Source of the DNA: Ylistrum balloti
Taxonomy: Eukaryota
Reading direction: 5' to 3'
Length of the DNA: 64,000 bases
NCBI RefSeq assembly: GCF_031769215.1
Contig: NW_026782032.1
Coordinates: 620,001-684,000 of the forward strand
Part shown: one piece after another, positions 12,894 through 27,552 of the stretch
How the letters are laid out: every line of letters starts with the position of its first letter
Numbering within the stretch: position 1 is the stretch's first letter
Notes under the pieces: model-generated
What the model was told of the DNA's origin: nothing
Database searches by the model: none
What the model saw: only the letters and a program-made list of their open reading frames with translations
Position numbers and translations under genes: made by a program

Positions 12894-13457
12894 TTAATAT
12901 CCAACTTGAATGACCAAAAGCTTCTTGAAGAATGACCTAGTTGATGCCATTCCAACAAAGGGGAAGATAGATTTTACACAAATCATTTCATCTACAAATA
13001 TCATCTTTCCTACCCATTTGTATAAAACCATGTCTACTTCAGATATTCTTCCAGATTGGAAACATACAGACCGAACGAAGGAACTCATATAGATCATCAT
13101 GATCTGACGGAATAAGAATAAATACATACCCAAATTAGATATTCTTTTCACTTCAAAGTCATAAAAAAATTCAAAATATGACATCAGATGTTCCATCATA
13201 ATGACTTTCTTGTGAAGAAATTCCATATTTTCACCGCTTAAAATAAATTGTAAATTCTCTGTCCAGAGAAATACAATAATCTGAACCAATAATTTGCGTA
13301 ACTTTCTATCATTACTTTCATCAGCTAAAGACAAAATCTCCTTTACTTTATTGGGTGTTTGACCTCTGCATGACAAATGAAATTTGTTCAAAGCATTCTG
13401 GGTAATGGAGGGTAATTGGGCCAAGTCCCAAGGGATATATCTCTGTAATAATAACAT
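12894..13457 (-). pseudogene. Non-repetitive 187-aa ORF of unknown product: isolated exon, pseudogene or transposon ORF remnant
   Basis: About 198 codons stop-to-stop in AT-rich unique sequence; acceptor-like TTATTATTACAG at about 13445; the same frame continues upstream and downstream with scattered stops. No diagnostic motif recognised. Confidence 0.4.
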
Positions 13458-13893
13458 ATGTATTTCTTTCTGTTCATGTTCATGACGTCTTCAGCTTTAA
13501 ATATACATTAAGATTTCCTTGTACAAGACTGAATGACAGTTCTTATTTAACAGCACTCTGAGGTACAAGGTCTGTGTTTGGTTTGCTGTTTTTCAGGTCT
13601 TAATATCAAAAAAAAATTTATCTTCCTTGTAAATCTTTTAAATACTTTCAGTAACATTTTTCTATGTCCAAATAAAATATAGACAATAACCGGCTTGCTG
13701 TTTTACTGTTAACAAAGCATTTTTCCTGATAAGATTGATTTGAAATGTGTCAGGTAGTGTATGATTAGACACAGACAAACATAAAGCAATAGGGACTTAT
13801 CATCAATATCTGTGATAATTTCAGATTACACAGGAATCCTCTTTAAGAATTTAATGATAAAAATGTTATCAGTAGGTCATTCTCCATCCTAAG

Positions 13894-15690
13894 GTGTTAG
13901 TAAGACATTCTCTGTGCCTCAGTGTCAGTAAGACATTCCCTTTGCCTCAGTGTCAGTAAGACATTCTCTGTGCCTCAGTGTCAGTAAGACATTCCCTGTG
14001 CCTCAGTGTCAGTAAGACATTCTCTGTGCCTCAGCATCAATAAGACATTCTCTTTGCCTCAGTGTCAGTAAGACATTCCCTTTGCCTCTGTGTCAGTAAG
14101 ACATTCTCTGTGCCTCAGTGTCAGTAAGACATTCCCTTTGCCTCAGTGTCAGTAAGACATTCTCTGTGCCTCAGTGTCAGTAAGACATTCCCTGTGCCTC
14201 AGTGTCAGTAAGACATTCTCTGTGCCTCAGCATCAATAAGACATTCTCTTTGCCTCAGTGTCAGTAAGACATTCCCTTTGCCTCAGTGTCAGTAAGACAT
14301 TCTCTGTGCCTCAGTGTCAGTAAGACATTCTCTGTGCCTCATTGTCAGTTAGACATTCTCTGCCTCAGTGTCAGTAAGACATTTTCTGTGCCTCAGTGTC
14401 AGTAAGACATTCTCTGTGCCTCAGTGTCAGTAAGACATTCTCTGTGCCTCAGTGTCAGTTAGACATTCTCTGTGCCTCAGTGTCAGTAAGACATTCTCTG
14501 TGCCTCAGTGTCAGTAAGACATTCTCTGTGCCTCAGTGTCAGTAAGACATTCTCTGTGCCTCAGTGTCAGTTAGACATTCTCTGTGCCTCAGTGTCAGTA
14601 AGACATTCTCTGTGCCTCAGTGTCAGTAAGACATTCTCTGTGCCTCAGTGTCAGTAAGACATTCTCTGTGCCTCAGTGTCAGTAAGACATTCTCTGTGCC
14701 TCAGTGTCAGTAAGACATTCTCTGTGCCTCAGTATCAGTAAGACATTTTCTGTGCCTCGGTAAGACATTCTCTGTGCCTCATTGTCAGTTAGACATTCTC
14801 TGTGCCTCAATGTCAGACATTCTCTGTGCCTCAGTGTCAGTAAGACATTCTCTGTGCCTCAGTGTCAGACATTCTCTGTGCCTCAGTGTCAGTAAGACAT
14901 TCTCTGTGCCTCAGTGTCAGTAAGACATTCTCTGTGCCTCAGTGTCAGTAAGACATTCTCTGTGCCTCAGTGTCAGTAAGACATTCTCTGTGCCTCAGTG
15001 TCAGTAAGACATTCTCTGTGCCTCATTGTCAGTTAGACATTCTCTGCCTCAGTGTCAGTAAGACATTCTCTGTGCCTCAGTGTCAGTAAGACATTCTCTG
15101 TGCCTCAGTGTCAGTAAGACATTCTCTGTGCCTCAGTGTCAGTTAGACATTCTCTGTGCCTCAGTGTCAGTAAGACATTCTCTTTGTCTCAGTGTCAGTA
15201 AGACATTCTCTGTGCCTCAGTGTGAGTTAGACATTCTCTTTGTCTCAGTAAGACATTCTCTGTGCCTCAGTGTCAGTAAGACATTCTCTTTGCCTCAGTG
15301 TCAGTAAGACATTCTCTGCCTCAGTGTCAGTAAGACATTCACTGTGCCTCAGTGTCAGTAAGACATTCTCTTTGTCTCAGTGTCAGTAAGACATTCTCTG
15401 TGCCTCAGTGTCAGTAAGACATTCACTGTGCCTCAGTGTCAGTAAGACATTCTCTTTGTCTCAGCATCAATAAGACATTCTCTGTGCCTCAGTGTCAGTA
15501 AGACATTCACTGTGCCTCAGTGTCAGTAAGACATTCTCTTTGTCTCAGTGTCAGTAAGACATTCTCTGTGCCTCAGTGTCAGTAAGACATTCACTGTGCC
15601 TCAGTGTCAGTAAGACATTCTCTGTGCCTCAGTGTCAGTAAGATATTCTCTGCCTCAGTGTCAGTAAGACATTCTCTGTGCCTCAGTGTC
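13894..15690. repeat. Tandem array, 28-bp unit, about 64 copies
   Basis: Unit CAGTAAGACATTCTCTGTGCCTCAGTGT, high identity, with several 2-5 bp deletions. Confidence 0.98.
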
Positions 15691-16684
15691 AACAACATAT
15701 GCTACATCCCTGAGTGGGATTATTCAACTTCTCATTGTACTTTTAAGTACAGGAGTCATATTTTGCCCTAAGTTAAATAAATCATGATCCTTAAACTTGA
15801 GGTCAAAGGTTAACTTGTAAGATTACACCTCAATGGCTGCCTTTTGTAGTGATTTTAGATAGAACATGTTACAACAATTTCACTGATCTCTGTACATAAA
15901 AATTGCAATAACAGCATTAACATACACAGAACATCACAAGGACAAGACTAAGTTGTTGTTGCATCAAAGTAAATGACTCCAGTAACTTGTAGGTGAAGAA
16001 TTTCATCACAATATTCCTGATCAAAATCACACATAAAAATGAAGATATGATGTTGATTAGAAAGCTGGTGTAGAAGTCCTGGGTATGTCAATACTGTCAG
16101 TGACTCATGAATTACTTGTACAAGTAATTAAGAGAAAATCACACGGGTCAAGAAAGTCAGTGAGAAAAAATGGAAATTAAAACAAATTCCACATGACGTG
16201 ATGTAGGACCTCACCAGGCGACATAAACAAGTAGTTATTAAAATTTGAGATAGGCTGCTTTGTCGTCATAGAAACTTAATTAGTAACTAGTGAAATCACT
16301 TGATTGGATGTAATTTATCACTCGGAATCACAATCAATATGTAGCATGCCCCGGAGAACAACAGCACAGCCGAAGGTGTCACCCTGTCCCGTCAAACAAA
16401 AATAGCCTGCCTTACATTTTATATGGTTAATAAAACAACAGTGCAGAGTAGTTTTAATTGTGTCTCAGTGAAAAGTATTATACCGAGTGCACTATATCAT
16501 AGTTTTGTTCTCATAACATGTTAGATTTGGCTTAGTACAATAACTATATGTCCTGACAGTCACACAGTTAAATACATCGAAGGGTTTCTTTGGACATCAA
16601 TATGATGTGTGATTAAAAATACAACATATGTTACAGCAGTCACTGGACATCAAAGGACAGAATTAGTCAAAGATTTTATAAAGA

Positions 16685-17140
16685 ACAGTCACATGACATG
16701 ACTACATATAATATAAACAACAGTCACATGACATGATTACAGATTACATAAGCAAGTGACATGACATGATTACAGATTACATAAATGGCAGTGACATGAC
16801 ATGATTACAGATTACATAAACAAGTGACATGACATGATTACAGATTACATAAATGGCAGTCACATGACATGATTACAGATTACATAAACAACAGTCACAT
16901 GACATGATTACAGATTACAGAAACGACAGTCACATGACATGTTTACATATTACATAAACAACAGTCACATGACATGATTACAGATTACATAAATGGCAGT
17001 CACATGACATGATTACAGATTACATAAATGGCAGTCACATGACATGATTACAGATTACATAAACGACAATCACATGATATGATTCAGTTTATGTAAACAA
17101 CAGTAACATGACAAGATCCAGCCAATTTATATAAACAACA
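16685..17140. repeat. Tandem array, about 35-bp unit, about 12 copies
   Basis: Unit CAGTCACATGACATGATTACAGATTACATAAACAA, degenerate at both edges. Confidence 0.93.
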
Positions 17141-19500
17141 GGTAGAATATAGATTCACAATCTTGACCTTTCTGTTTGTCTCTATATTTGGTAAAGTAAT
17201 GTCATGACTTAATCATAAATATCAGAGATCCTGTTCAAGTATCACATACTTTTGTCATTGATAATCAGAATAAGAAAGTAATCAAGACCATTATACCTAC
17301 GAAGTAGCCAGGTGAAAACACCAATATCGACATCATACGTCTCCCAACAACTCCCTATAATTAGTCATCACAGGTCAGATCATTTAGACATACTTAAAAA
17401 AATATGTTTTTCTCAAGTGTCAAAAAATAAAGGATAGCAACAGCCAAGTGGAGCAGCAGACTTTTCATGGTACGTGTTATTGCAATGATAGAAACGGCAA
17501 TTTAATTGAAATAACACATGGAAATCTCATTAGATTTTTGAATGATCACAATTCAGTGCTAAGAATGAGGTTGGCTACCATGGTAACCAGATAATCAGTA
17601 AGTCATTCATCTCAATGGCCAGACATTAAAAAAACATTCTCACAAAAAACCACATCCACATATTATTCTTTTAAGACTTTCAATGAAAAATTTTCTTAAC
17701 GAGAGAGAGTGGTATGCATACGTAAACTTCCGACTGCTTCTGTTTAATTTCTTAGCTAGATATAATGATAACCTTCCCAAACAAGTAATTAGCAACATTC
17801 TCCGCTAAAAAAGTGATATACATTGTCCTTCTCCTCACATCAATAGACTGTTAGTAATTAGTGCTTCTGTTTTCCAGTGTAAATCTATTGTAATGGATGT
17901 TTTCACCGCGCCACTCACCAAATGGCCACCACTTTCACACAAGTAATAGACTTTCAAAAAATCTCAACCAGCATGGCCGGTAAAAAATATCATTCTTCTA
18001 CACAAAAATTAACATGACAACATGGATGAATGACTCCATAGTTCATAGATGTAAAAATAATTTCTATCTGCATCAATTTACGAAATCTTTTCTTTACCAC
18101 TGAATACAAAAAACATCGTTCAATAGTTTCCCCCAAAAAAATATTCAGACAAAACCAAATCAATAATTTCGTTGTTTTAGTTTTTGTGTGAAATCAGTTC
18201 AATTTTACAATGTTGTATATAAAATCTCCCACTCATTGTGCCTACCTAAGTCGTTCTGAGTATCCGCCAGGATTGTCTCCCTCTCCAGTACCGTCTGCTT
18301 CTCTAACACGTGATTATCACACAGCCTCCATAGCACTAACTAATATGCTCCAATATCTATTATGTACCTAGGTTAAAAACACTGCCGGAGACATATTATA
18401 AAACTGGCAGTATGGGTAAAAAAAAAAATCTACGAATTCATGCTTAGCCGTTCTCATTGACAGTGATCTGTGTAGTATCTGTCTGTTGGATGGAAGTGTG
18501 AGATATAGGCCTATAGCATAGAGAAATACAAGACCTGTATCCAATTATACACGATCCAGTAATGACGGAGCTCAGCTGGCTGTTAATTAATGTCTAATTA
18601 ATGGCTAAGTCCATGGTTACAACTGTGATTATTATAGGGTATTGATTTGGGAGACAAAAGGCATTAACCGGCCTCACTTCATGTTCATACCCTGATAGCA
18701 CTGTCCGGTGTTATGAAGCCAACAATATAGTTTTACTTTATTTTCAACTGTCTATATATCTTTTGGGTATTATTGAAAACCGACTAATAATGATCTGTAA
18801 TTGTTATTTTATTGCATATCATGTGGAAGATTTTGATATTTATTAATATTTCATACACTCACATGCGTGCATGCTGGGCATTTATTAAAAACAAACTAAT
18901 AATGATTTTTTTGTACATCCGATGGATTTCGTTTTATATACGTGTAGTAATATTTGTTAATTGTTTAGAGCTTGATTTTAGCGCCCATCTCAGGAATGTA
19001 GAGAAAAGAAAATGAAGCAATTTGGTGGTATATAATTGTTCTGCGAATAGTACCAGGATGATATTAGCTATGGTAGTTTATGCACAGTAAATGGATATAT
19101 GCATTGCATTAATTAAACACACATATCTGTAAATGAGATGATTTTGCAGGTAATGTGGAGGTATGTGTAACTGAAAAGCAAACATATAGGCCTAATTGAG
19201 AGAATTACAATTTATACTGGAATTATCAACATCCAACACTGGTTCACATTATACTACCCATGTAACTGCAATTACCTTAATGCTAAACGGAGCTACATAA
19301 TGAAAGCAATGGCCGTTAGAGTTTACTGGTTTGGTCAGGTCTTAACAGCTGATACCAACTTAGAAGGAATTACGTTATCATGGAGAGTTAATTACAATTG
19401 CAAGTAAATAATACAAGAAGATAAAACAACATTTTGTCTTTTCAGAGATAATGAGAATGTGTCATCATAAACCTATGATGTTTTATCTGGTTATACTTAA

Positions 19501-20005
19501 CCTCTGTTGATAAAGATAATGTCTCAAATCTCTGTTGATAAAGACAGTGTCCCAAATCTCTGTTGACAAAGACGATGTCTCAAATCTCTGTTGACAAAGA
19601 CGATGTCTCAAATCTCTGTTGATTAAGACGATGTCTCAAATCTCTGTTGATTAAGACAATGTCTCAAATCTCTGTTGACAAAGACAATGTCTCAAATCTC
19701 TGTTGATTAAGACGATGTCTCAAATCTCTGTTGACAAAGACAATGTCTCAAATCTCTGTTGACAAAGACGATGTCTCAAATCTCTGTTGATTAAGACAAT
19801 GTCTCAAATCTCTGTTGACAAAGACGATGTCTCAAAACTCTGTTGACAAAGACAATGTCTCAAATCTCTGTTGACAGAGACGATGTCTCATATCTCTGTT
19901 GATAAAGACAATGTCCCTAATTTCTGTTGATAAAGACGATGTTTCAAATCTCTGTTGACAAAGACAAAGTCTTAAATCCCTGCTGATTAAGGTAATGTTT
20001 CAAAC
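19501..20005. repeat. Tandem array, 28-bp unit, about 18 copies
   Basis: Unit TCTCTGTTGACAAAGACGATGTCTCAAA. Confidence 0.95.
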
Positions 20006-21330
20006 AAATACAGCTTACAACAGACAAGTACAGCTCTCTTTTTTGTGTAAAACATTCTTCAAATCATTTGAAAATTGGAAACATTCACATTACATGTCAT
20101 ATTTTGATTTATTTTTCAAAAACTGATTTTCAAACTAAATTTGATTGGAAGAGTGGAAAAATAAAAAAGTTGGTGAGTCTGGCATATTCTTAAATACTTA
20201 TCAAAGAGATGGAAATTGTTCACTCATTCAACATCTCGTTTGACTTTGGGTAAATTTACTGTGATACTGTAAAATATAGGTTACAGTTTCATTAATTTTA
20301 CTGAGAACTTAAAGTCAACAGTTCAGTGAGGTTCTAGCATTAATTAACATGCTCTCACTTCTTAATAGAGTCAACGTTCTATAAGACAACGACTTGAGGA
20401 CAAACCAAGTGGGGAGGGAACGTCATTGACAGAGAATGACTACAGTCAAGACAATGAATGATTACAGTGCAGAATATTTTGGTATTGAAGAATACTCTTT
20501 CATGGCTGTATATCAATATATATTTCATCATGAATAGTGTATTCCATTTGTAGATGTAAAACAGTCTAATGCTAGAGGATTAATACAATAAAGAAAAATT
20601 GATAGCATAACGTATTTAGGTATTTACGTCAATGTAAAAAAAAAAAATTATATTTCTGATTGAAAAAACCACAATAAAACAAGATAAGACCTCTTGACAT
20701 ACCATATATATATCGTATTTATAATGTAGCAAATTCAACAAGATTCATCTAGATGATATTAATGTCAAGGGGTGAAGTGGAGAGCGTGACGGTACATATT
20801 ACGTACCCCACATGTAGTGTCAGCAGTGCCCACACTAGCTTTTGATCTCCTATCAATAAAATTGTATATATCACACTAACAAAGGGGACTGGCATTAAGA
20901 GCTTCTGTTTTGGACGCACCTCCGATCATTATAGTCAGGAGAATGAGCCCTCAGACACCTTGTTACACAGAATAATTGTTGAAATAACTTCCTCGTACTC
21001 TTTGTAATACAGAACCACCTGTATCCTCAACAAATTCTGCTTTTTAGTTTTTCCAAAAAGAATTTAAACAAAAATAACGATGTAAAGTAATTTCTAAAAA
21101 AAAAAAAAAAATCTGGGTTTTAATGATCAATTTGCCAGGTGCATTTACTTTCTATCAGCTCTTTTGCATGAGAAACATTTTTGTCAATAACAGATAAAAA
21201 GAAGTGCAGATGAATTGAGATGCACATTGATGAGGATGTATAATGCATTAAACAAAAAACCTGCCAAAAAAGAACCATTCTCCTCCCTTATTCTACACCT
21301 TCTATAACCAAGGAAAACATCTTACATCTC

Positions 21331-22215
21331 CGCCAGAAATTACCCCTACAGCTTTTATAGCTAAGGGACATCCCCATACACTTTATATATATAGCCAGAA
21401 ATTACCCCTACAGCTTTTATAGCTAAGGGACATCCCCATACACTTTATATATATATATAGCCAGAAATTACCCCTACAGCTTTTATAGCTAAGGGACATC
21501 CCCATACACTTTATATATATATAGCCAGAAATTACCCCTACAGCTTTTATAGCTAAGGGACATCCCCATACACTTTATATATATATAGCCAGAAATTACC
21601 CCTACAGCTTTTATAGCTAAGGACAACCCCATACACTTTATATATATATAGCCAGAAATTACCCCAGGGACATCCCCATACACTTTATATATATAGCCAG
21701 AAATTACCCCTACAGCTTTTATAGCTAAGGGACATCCCCATACACTATTTATATATATATATATATATAGCCAGAAATTACCCCTACAGCTTTTATAGCT
21801 AAGGGACATCCCCATACACTTTATATATATATAGCCAGAAATTACCCCTACAGCTTTTATAGCTAAGGGACATCCCCATACACTTTATATATATAGCCAG
21901 AAATTACCCCTACAGCTTTTATAGCTAAGGGACATCCCTATACACTTTATATATATATAGCCAGAAATTACCCCTACAGCTTTTATAGCTAAGGGACATC
22001 CCCATACACTTTATATATATAGCCAGAAATTACCCCTACAGCTTTTATAGCTAAGGGACATCCCCATACACTATTTATATATATATATATATATAGCCAG
22101 AAATGACCCCCTACTGCTTTTATAGCTAAGGGACATCCCCATACGCTATATATATATAGCCAGAAATTACCCCAACAGCTTTTATAGCTAAGGGACGTCC
22201 CCATACACTTTCTGT
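21331..22215. repeat. Tandem array, about 62-76-bp unit with embedded variable (TA)n, about 14 copies
   Basis: Constant GCCAGAAATTACCCCTACAGCTTTTATAGCTAAGGGACATCCCCATACACTT followed by a variable-length TA run. Confidence 0.95.
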
Positions 22216-22419
22216 ATATATAAATAGTCAGGAATTACCCCTACACCTAATATATACAAATATTTAAATACATATATAGTCAGGGATTACCCCCACACCT
22301 TATATATATAAATATATATATAGTCAGAAATTACCCCCTGTACCTTTTAAATATATACATGTAGGAGGTAATTCCTGACTATATATATAGAGATATATAT
22401 AATTAGGAAATACCCTCTG

Positions 22420-22840
22420 TACCTTATATAGCCAGGGAGGACATCATATACTTTATATAACCAAGAAAGACATCCTTTATACTTGATGTAGAAAGGGAAG
22501 TCACTATATACCTGTTATAGCTGGAGAAGACACCATATGTAGTCAGGGTAGACACAATACACTGTATATAACCAGAGAAGACACCATACACTATACATAG
22601 CCTGAAAAGATACCATACACACTTAAAGCCAGAGAAGACACCATGCACCTTTACATAGGCAGAAAAGACACCACATACCATATTTATAACCAGAGAAGAC
22701 ACCACTCACTGGATGTAGCTAAAGAAGACACAATACACTTACATGGTCAAGGTAGACACCATACACCATATATAACCAGGGTAGACACCATGAACTTATT
22801 ATATAACCAGAAAAGACACCATACATTGTATATGGACAGG
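22420..22840. repeat. Degenerate tandem array, about 33-35-bp unit
   Basis: Recurring TATATA(A/G)CCAGAGAAGACACCATACAC-like words; resembles a shortened form of the adjacent array unit. Confidence 0.7.
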
Positions 22841-23563
22841 GGAAGATAATGTTAATATTATCCCTGAATCTAAAGTTACAAAATGGATGACAGTCTCACA
22901 AATATGACGGGATCTACAGCCTAACAATTATACCCATGTCTCATATCATTCCCTACCCAAAATAATTCCTGATTTTCGGAATTAAAAAAAAAAAAAATCT
23001 TTTGATAATAACTTTGTAATGATTTCAATGTCAATTGGGGAGGAACAACATGATATGTCTAAAATGGAATGGGACTCTCCCACCTGTCATAAAAAATTAC
23101 AAACATGACTCCAATACAAGAGACCAGAATGGCATAGTTTTTATAAACAGGACACAAAGTGTTTAGCTACAGGGTATTTATAACAGAAGACTTACTGTTG
23201 ATGAATTTAAGACTGTCAAGTACCATAACATCTGCAAATATTTATACAAATCTACACGGTACAACCCATAAGACAAATGGTAGTTTCATGTTAAAACAAA
23301 AATCATTTAATATCACAAACCTTTTTAAAATGACAAATAGGAAAGTAAATAAACAGAGAGTAAAGTAAGATAAAGATTGATAATATTGTAAGGGCAATGA
23401 TCACTTATCAAACAATTCAAGTCGTACCAGTATGCTTTTTACAACAAACAATCCACCTGTATCTATCAAATGTATTATAAAATCACCTGTGTTGAGAGAC
23501 TACCTACATTAAAATTCCACATGTATTGAGAGTCCATCTATATTGAGAATCTAACTATACTGT

Positions 23564-25026
23564 GAGATTACCAGTAGGGACAGTCCAACTGTACAGAGAG
23601 ATTACCAGTAGTGACAGTCCAACTGTACAGAGAGATTACCAGTAGTGACAGTCCAACTGTACAGAGAGATTACCAGTAGTGACCATCCAACTGTACAGAG
23701 AGATTACCAGTAGTGACAGTCCAACTGTACAGAGAGATTACCAGTAGTGACCATCCAACTGTACAGAGAGATTACCAGTAGTGACAGTACAACTGTACAG
23801 AGAGATTACCAGTAGTGACAGTACAACTGTACAGAGAGATTACCAGTAGTGACCATCCAACTGTACAGAGAGATTACCAGTAGTGACAGTCCAACTGTAC
23901 AGAGAGATTACCAGTAGTGACAGTCCAACTGTACAGAGAGATTACCAGTAGTGACAGTCCAACTGTACAGAGAGATTACCAGTAGTGACAGTCCGACTGT
24001 ATAGAGAGATTACCAGTAGTGACAGTCCAACTGTACAGAGAGATTACCAGTAGTGACAGTCCAACTGTACAGAGAGATTACCAGTAGTGACCATCCAACT
24101 GTACAGAGAGATTACCAGTAGTGACAGTACAACTGTACAGAGAGATTACCAGTAGTGACCGAGATTACCAGTAGTGACAGTCCGACTGTACAGAGAGATT
24201 ACCAGTAGTGACAGTCCAACTGTACAGAGAGATTACCAGTAGTGACAGTCAAACTGTACAGAGAGATTACCAGTAGTGACAGTACAACTGTACAGAGAGA
24301 TTACCAGTAGTGACAGTCCAACTGTACAGAGAGATTACCAGTAGTGACAGTACAACTGTACAGAGAGATTACCAGTAGTGACAGTCCAACTGTACAGAGA
24401 GATTACCAGTAGTGACAGTACAACTGTACAGAGAGATTACCAGTAGTGACAGTCCAACTGTACAGAGAGATTACCAGTAGTGACAGTAAAACTGTACAGA
24501 GAGATAACCAGTAGTGACAGTACAACTGTACAGAGAGATTACCAGTAGTGACAGTCCAACTGTACAGAGAGATTACCAGTAGTGACAGTACAACTGTACT
24601 GACAGATTACCAGTAGTGACAGTCCAACTGTACAGAGAGATTACCAGTAGTGACAGAGATTACCAGTAGTGACAGTCCGACTGTACAGAGAGATTACCAT
24701 TAGTGACAGTACAACTGTACTGAGAGATTACCAGTAGTGACAGTCCAACTGTACAGAGAGATTACCAGTAGTGACAGTACAACTGTACAGAGAGATTTCA
24801 AGTAGTGACAGTCCAACTGTACAGAGAGATTACCAGTAGTGACAGAGATTACCAGTGAGATGACAGTGACAGTACAACTGAGAGATTACCAGTAGTGACA
24901 GTCCAACTGTACAGAGAGATTACCAGTAGTGACAGTACAACTGTACAGAGAGATTACCAGTAGTGACAGTACAACTGTACAGAGAGATTACCAGTAGTGA
25001 CAGTACAACTGTACCGAGAGATTACC
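23564..25026. repeat. Tandem array, 34-bp unit, about 43 copies
   Basis: Unit GAGATTACCAGTAGTGACAGTCCAACTGTACAGA; a few half-unit deletions. Confidence 0.98.
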
Positions 25027-25671
25027 TTTTATGGAGATTCCACCTGTATAAATCATTCACCTGTAATGAGACTCTACCTGTATGCAGATTTCACTTGTAA
25101 TGAGGGTATTTTTGTAGCTATACTGTCAGACGAATCTGTCAGGTGTCTCAATTACCTGTTAGAGGAAAGTTGTCTAAATAATATGTTAACTGATAAGACT
25201 ATTTTTATCAATATGATCTACGTTATACACTTTTTCTTCCTTGTTATATATATATGATTTCAAACACAAAAAAAAATCAGGCATCCTGTGAATTTCTGAT
25301 CACAGACATGCTTCAATTACATATTTATTGTTGTTATTTAGTTTTTGCTGCGATGCCATTTGAATTTACAATTTTAAAAAAAATGAAAAAAAAAGGAGAT
25401 GACAAGTGGAGTGTTAATGGGGACTGTATGGCAGATGGAGGAGGAAGACATGTAAGACAAAGTGACAGTCATATACTTATCAGATATACATAGCTCACAC
25501 TTACACAATCAACTTGTATCCTCTTGGAAGTACTTTGGACAATACTTATCTCCCACAGCAGAAACAATATCCACATCAATAGATACATCCTTGTGTTTTC
25601 AATGGGAACTAAACAAACTCCTACTAACAATACCAGATAAAGTCCTACTTAAAAGATAAAGTTCTCCTTCA

Positions 25672-26445
25672 AAGATAAATCCTACATACAACAATAGATA
25701 AATCCTACATACAACAATAGATAAATATTACATACGACAACAGATAAATCCTACATATAACAAAAGGCAAGTTTTGTACATACAACAGTAGATAAGTCCT
25801 ACATACAACAATAGATAAATCCTACTTACAACAGATAAAGCTTTACAACAATAAACAATAAAATCCTACATACAACAACAGATAAAGCTTTACAACAATA
25901 AATAATAAAGTCCTACTTACAACAGATAAAGCTTTACAACAATAAACAATAAAGTCCTACTTACAACAGATAAAGCTTTACAACAATAAACTCCTACTTA
26001 CAACAGATAAAGCTTTACAACAATAAACAACAAAATCCTACTTACAACAACAGATAAAGCTTTACGACAATAAACAATAAAGTCCTACTTACAACAGATA
26101 AAGCTTTACAACAATAAACTCCTACTTACAACAGATAAAGCTTTACAACAATAAACAACAAAATCCTACTTACAACAGATAAAGCTTAACAACAATAAAC
26201 AATAAAGTCCTACTTACAACAGATAAAGCTTTAGAACAATAATCTCCTACTTACAACAACATATAAAGCTTAACAACAATAAACAATAAAGTCCTACTTA
26301 CAACAACAGATAAAGCTTTAGAACAATAAACTCCTACTTACAACAACAGATAAAGCTTTACAACAATAAACAATGAAATATTACATACAACAACAGATAA
26401 AGCTTTACAACAATAAACAATAAAGTCCTACTTACAACAACAGAT
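25672..26445. repeat. Composite A/C-rich tandem array (about 24-bp unit grading into about 40-47-bp unit)
   Basis: AAATCCTACATACAACAATAGAT copies followed by CCTACTTACAACAGATAAAGCTTTACAACAATAAACAATAAAGT copies. Confidence 0.9.
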
Positions 26446-27552
26446 TAAGATTTATTTGTCACAGTATGTTACATATCATCTTAAGAGGGGATGCATTCAT
26501 TACAAGCTGAGCTGATTAATGAAGCAACCGTGTTGTTATACAGAAAACATGCCTGTTTACATAAGGAATTGTCCAGAACATGGTTTTTAATGTCATATTC
26601 ACATGGCAAATTGATAAACCACAAAAATGTATTAAAACAAAAAGAAATCAAAGAAATATGAGTGCCAGGTAAATTCCTGAGCCATAAACTTTGCTAACAG
26701 AGTCACCATTATCACAGATAAAGGCCGCAATATTCAATAATTACAGGCACAATCAAAGTTTTAACACCTGACTACAAACACTCTGACATCATCAGACTTT
26801 GACTTACCATCAGCTGGACACAGAGAGGTCAAAGGTCAATTTACTTTATAGATGAACATCTTGCCCATGCTATTATCTGTAGGAGTTAAGGACAAATATT
26901 CACACACCTTGAGAATCTCTCCTTAGCTTTCTGTATGTATAGTGGTCTGGGATCACATTTTGGCCCCTGTCAAATTTCTACAATTAATTAACTTTCCTTG
27001 TCCAGCAAGTAATAGCGACAGGAAAATGACATGGTATCCCCTGTTGTCTGAAATTTAATTACCACAAACTTCCTCCAACTCGGGCCAGAGATTAAAGTAA
27101 ACATGGACTCTAACTTCTACTTAAAAAGGGTCACATTCAAGTATGTCAATATGAAGGATGCATCTCAATTATAAATCATACGATTAATTGTGTATGCTAT
27201 ATATCAAGTAATTTCGTAATTTGGAAGACTGCCAAGTAACATGGACCACTTAACTTGTTCCGCTACTTCAAAGGACAACAGGCCAGATTGTAAATGATCG
27301 CTGGTAAAAACTGAAGATGGACCAACCAGGATTCAATATAAACAACACTATCACACACTGTATTGTGGAAACTCTGCAAAGCACATTGACACTTCATTAA
27401 TCTTCAGGTCTGAAATTTGTCTACAAAGCATTGGAGAAAATGACATATTGGAAATAAAGAATTCCAGAATTACATTTTGGATAGTATGAGGTTTCTGCAA
27501 TGTAGACACAAATGGTTAATTGTTAAACATATAGAAGGTTATGTTGTCAACT

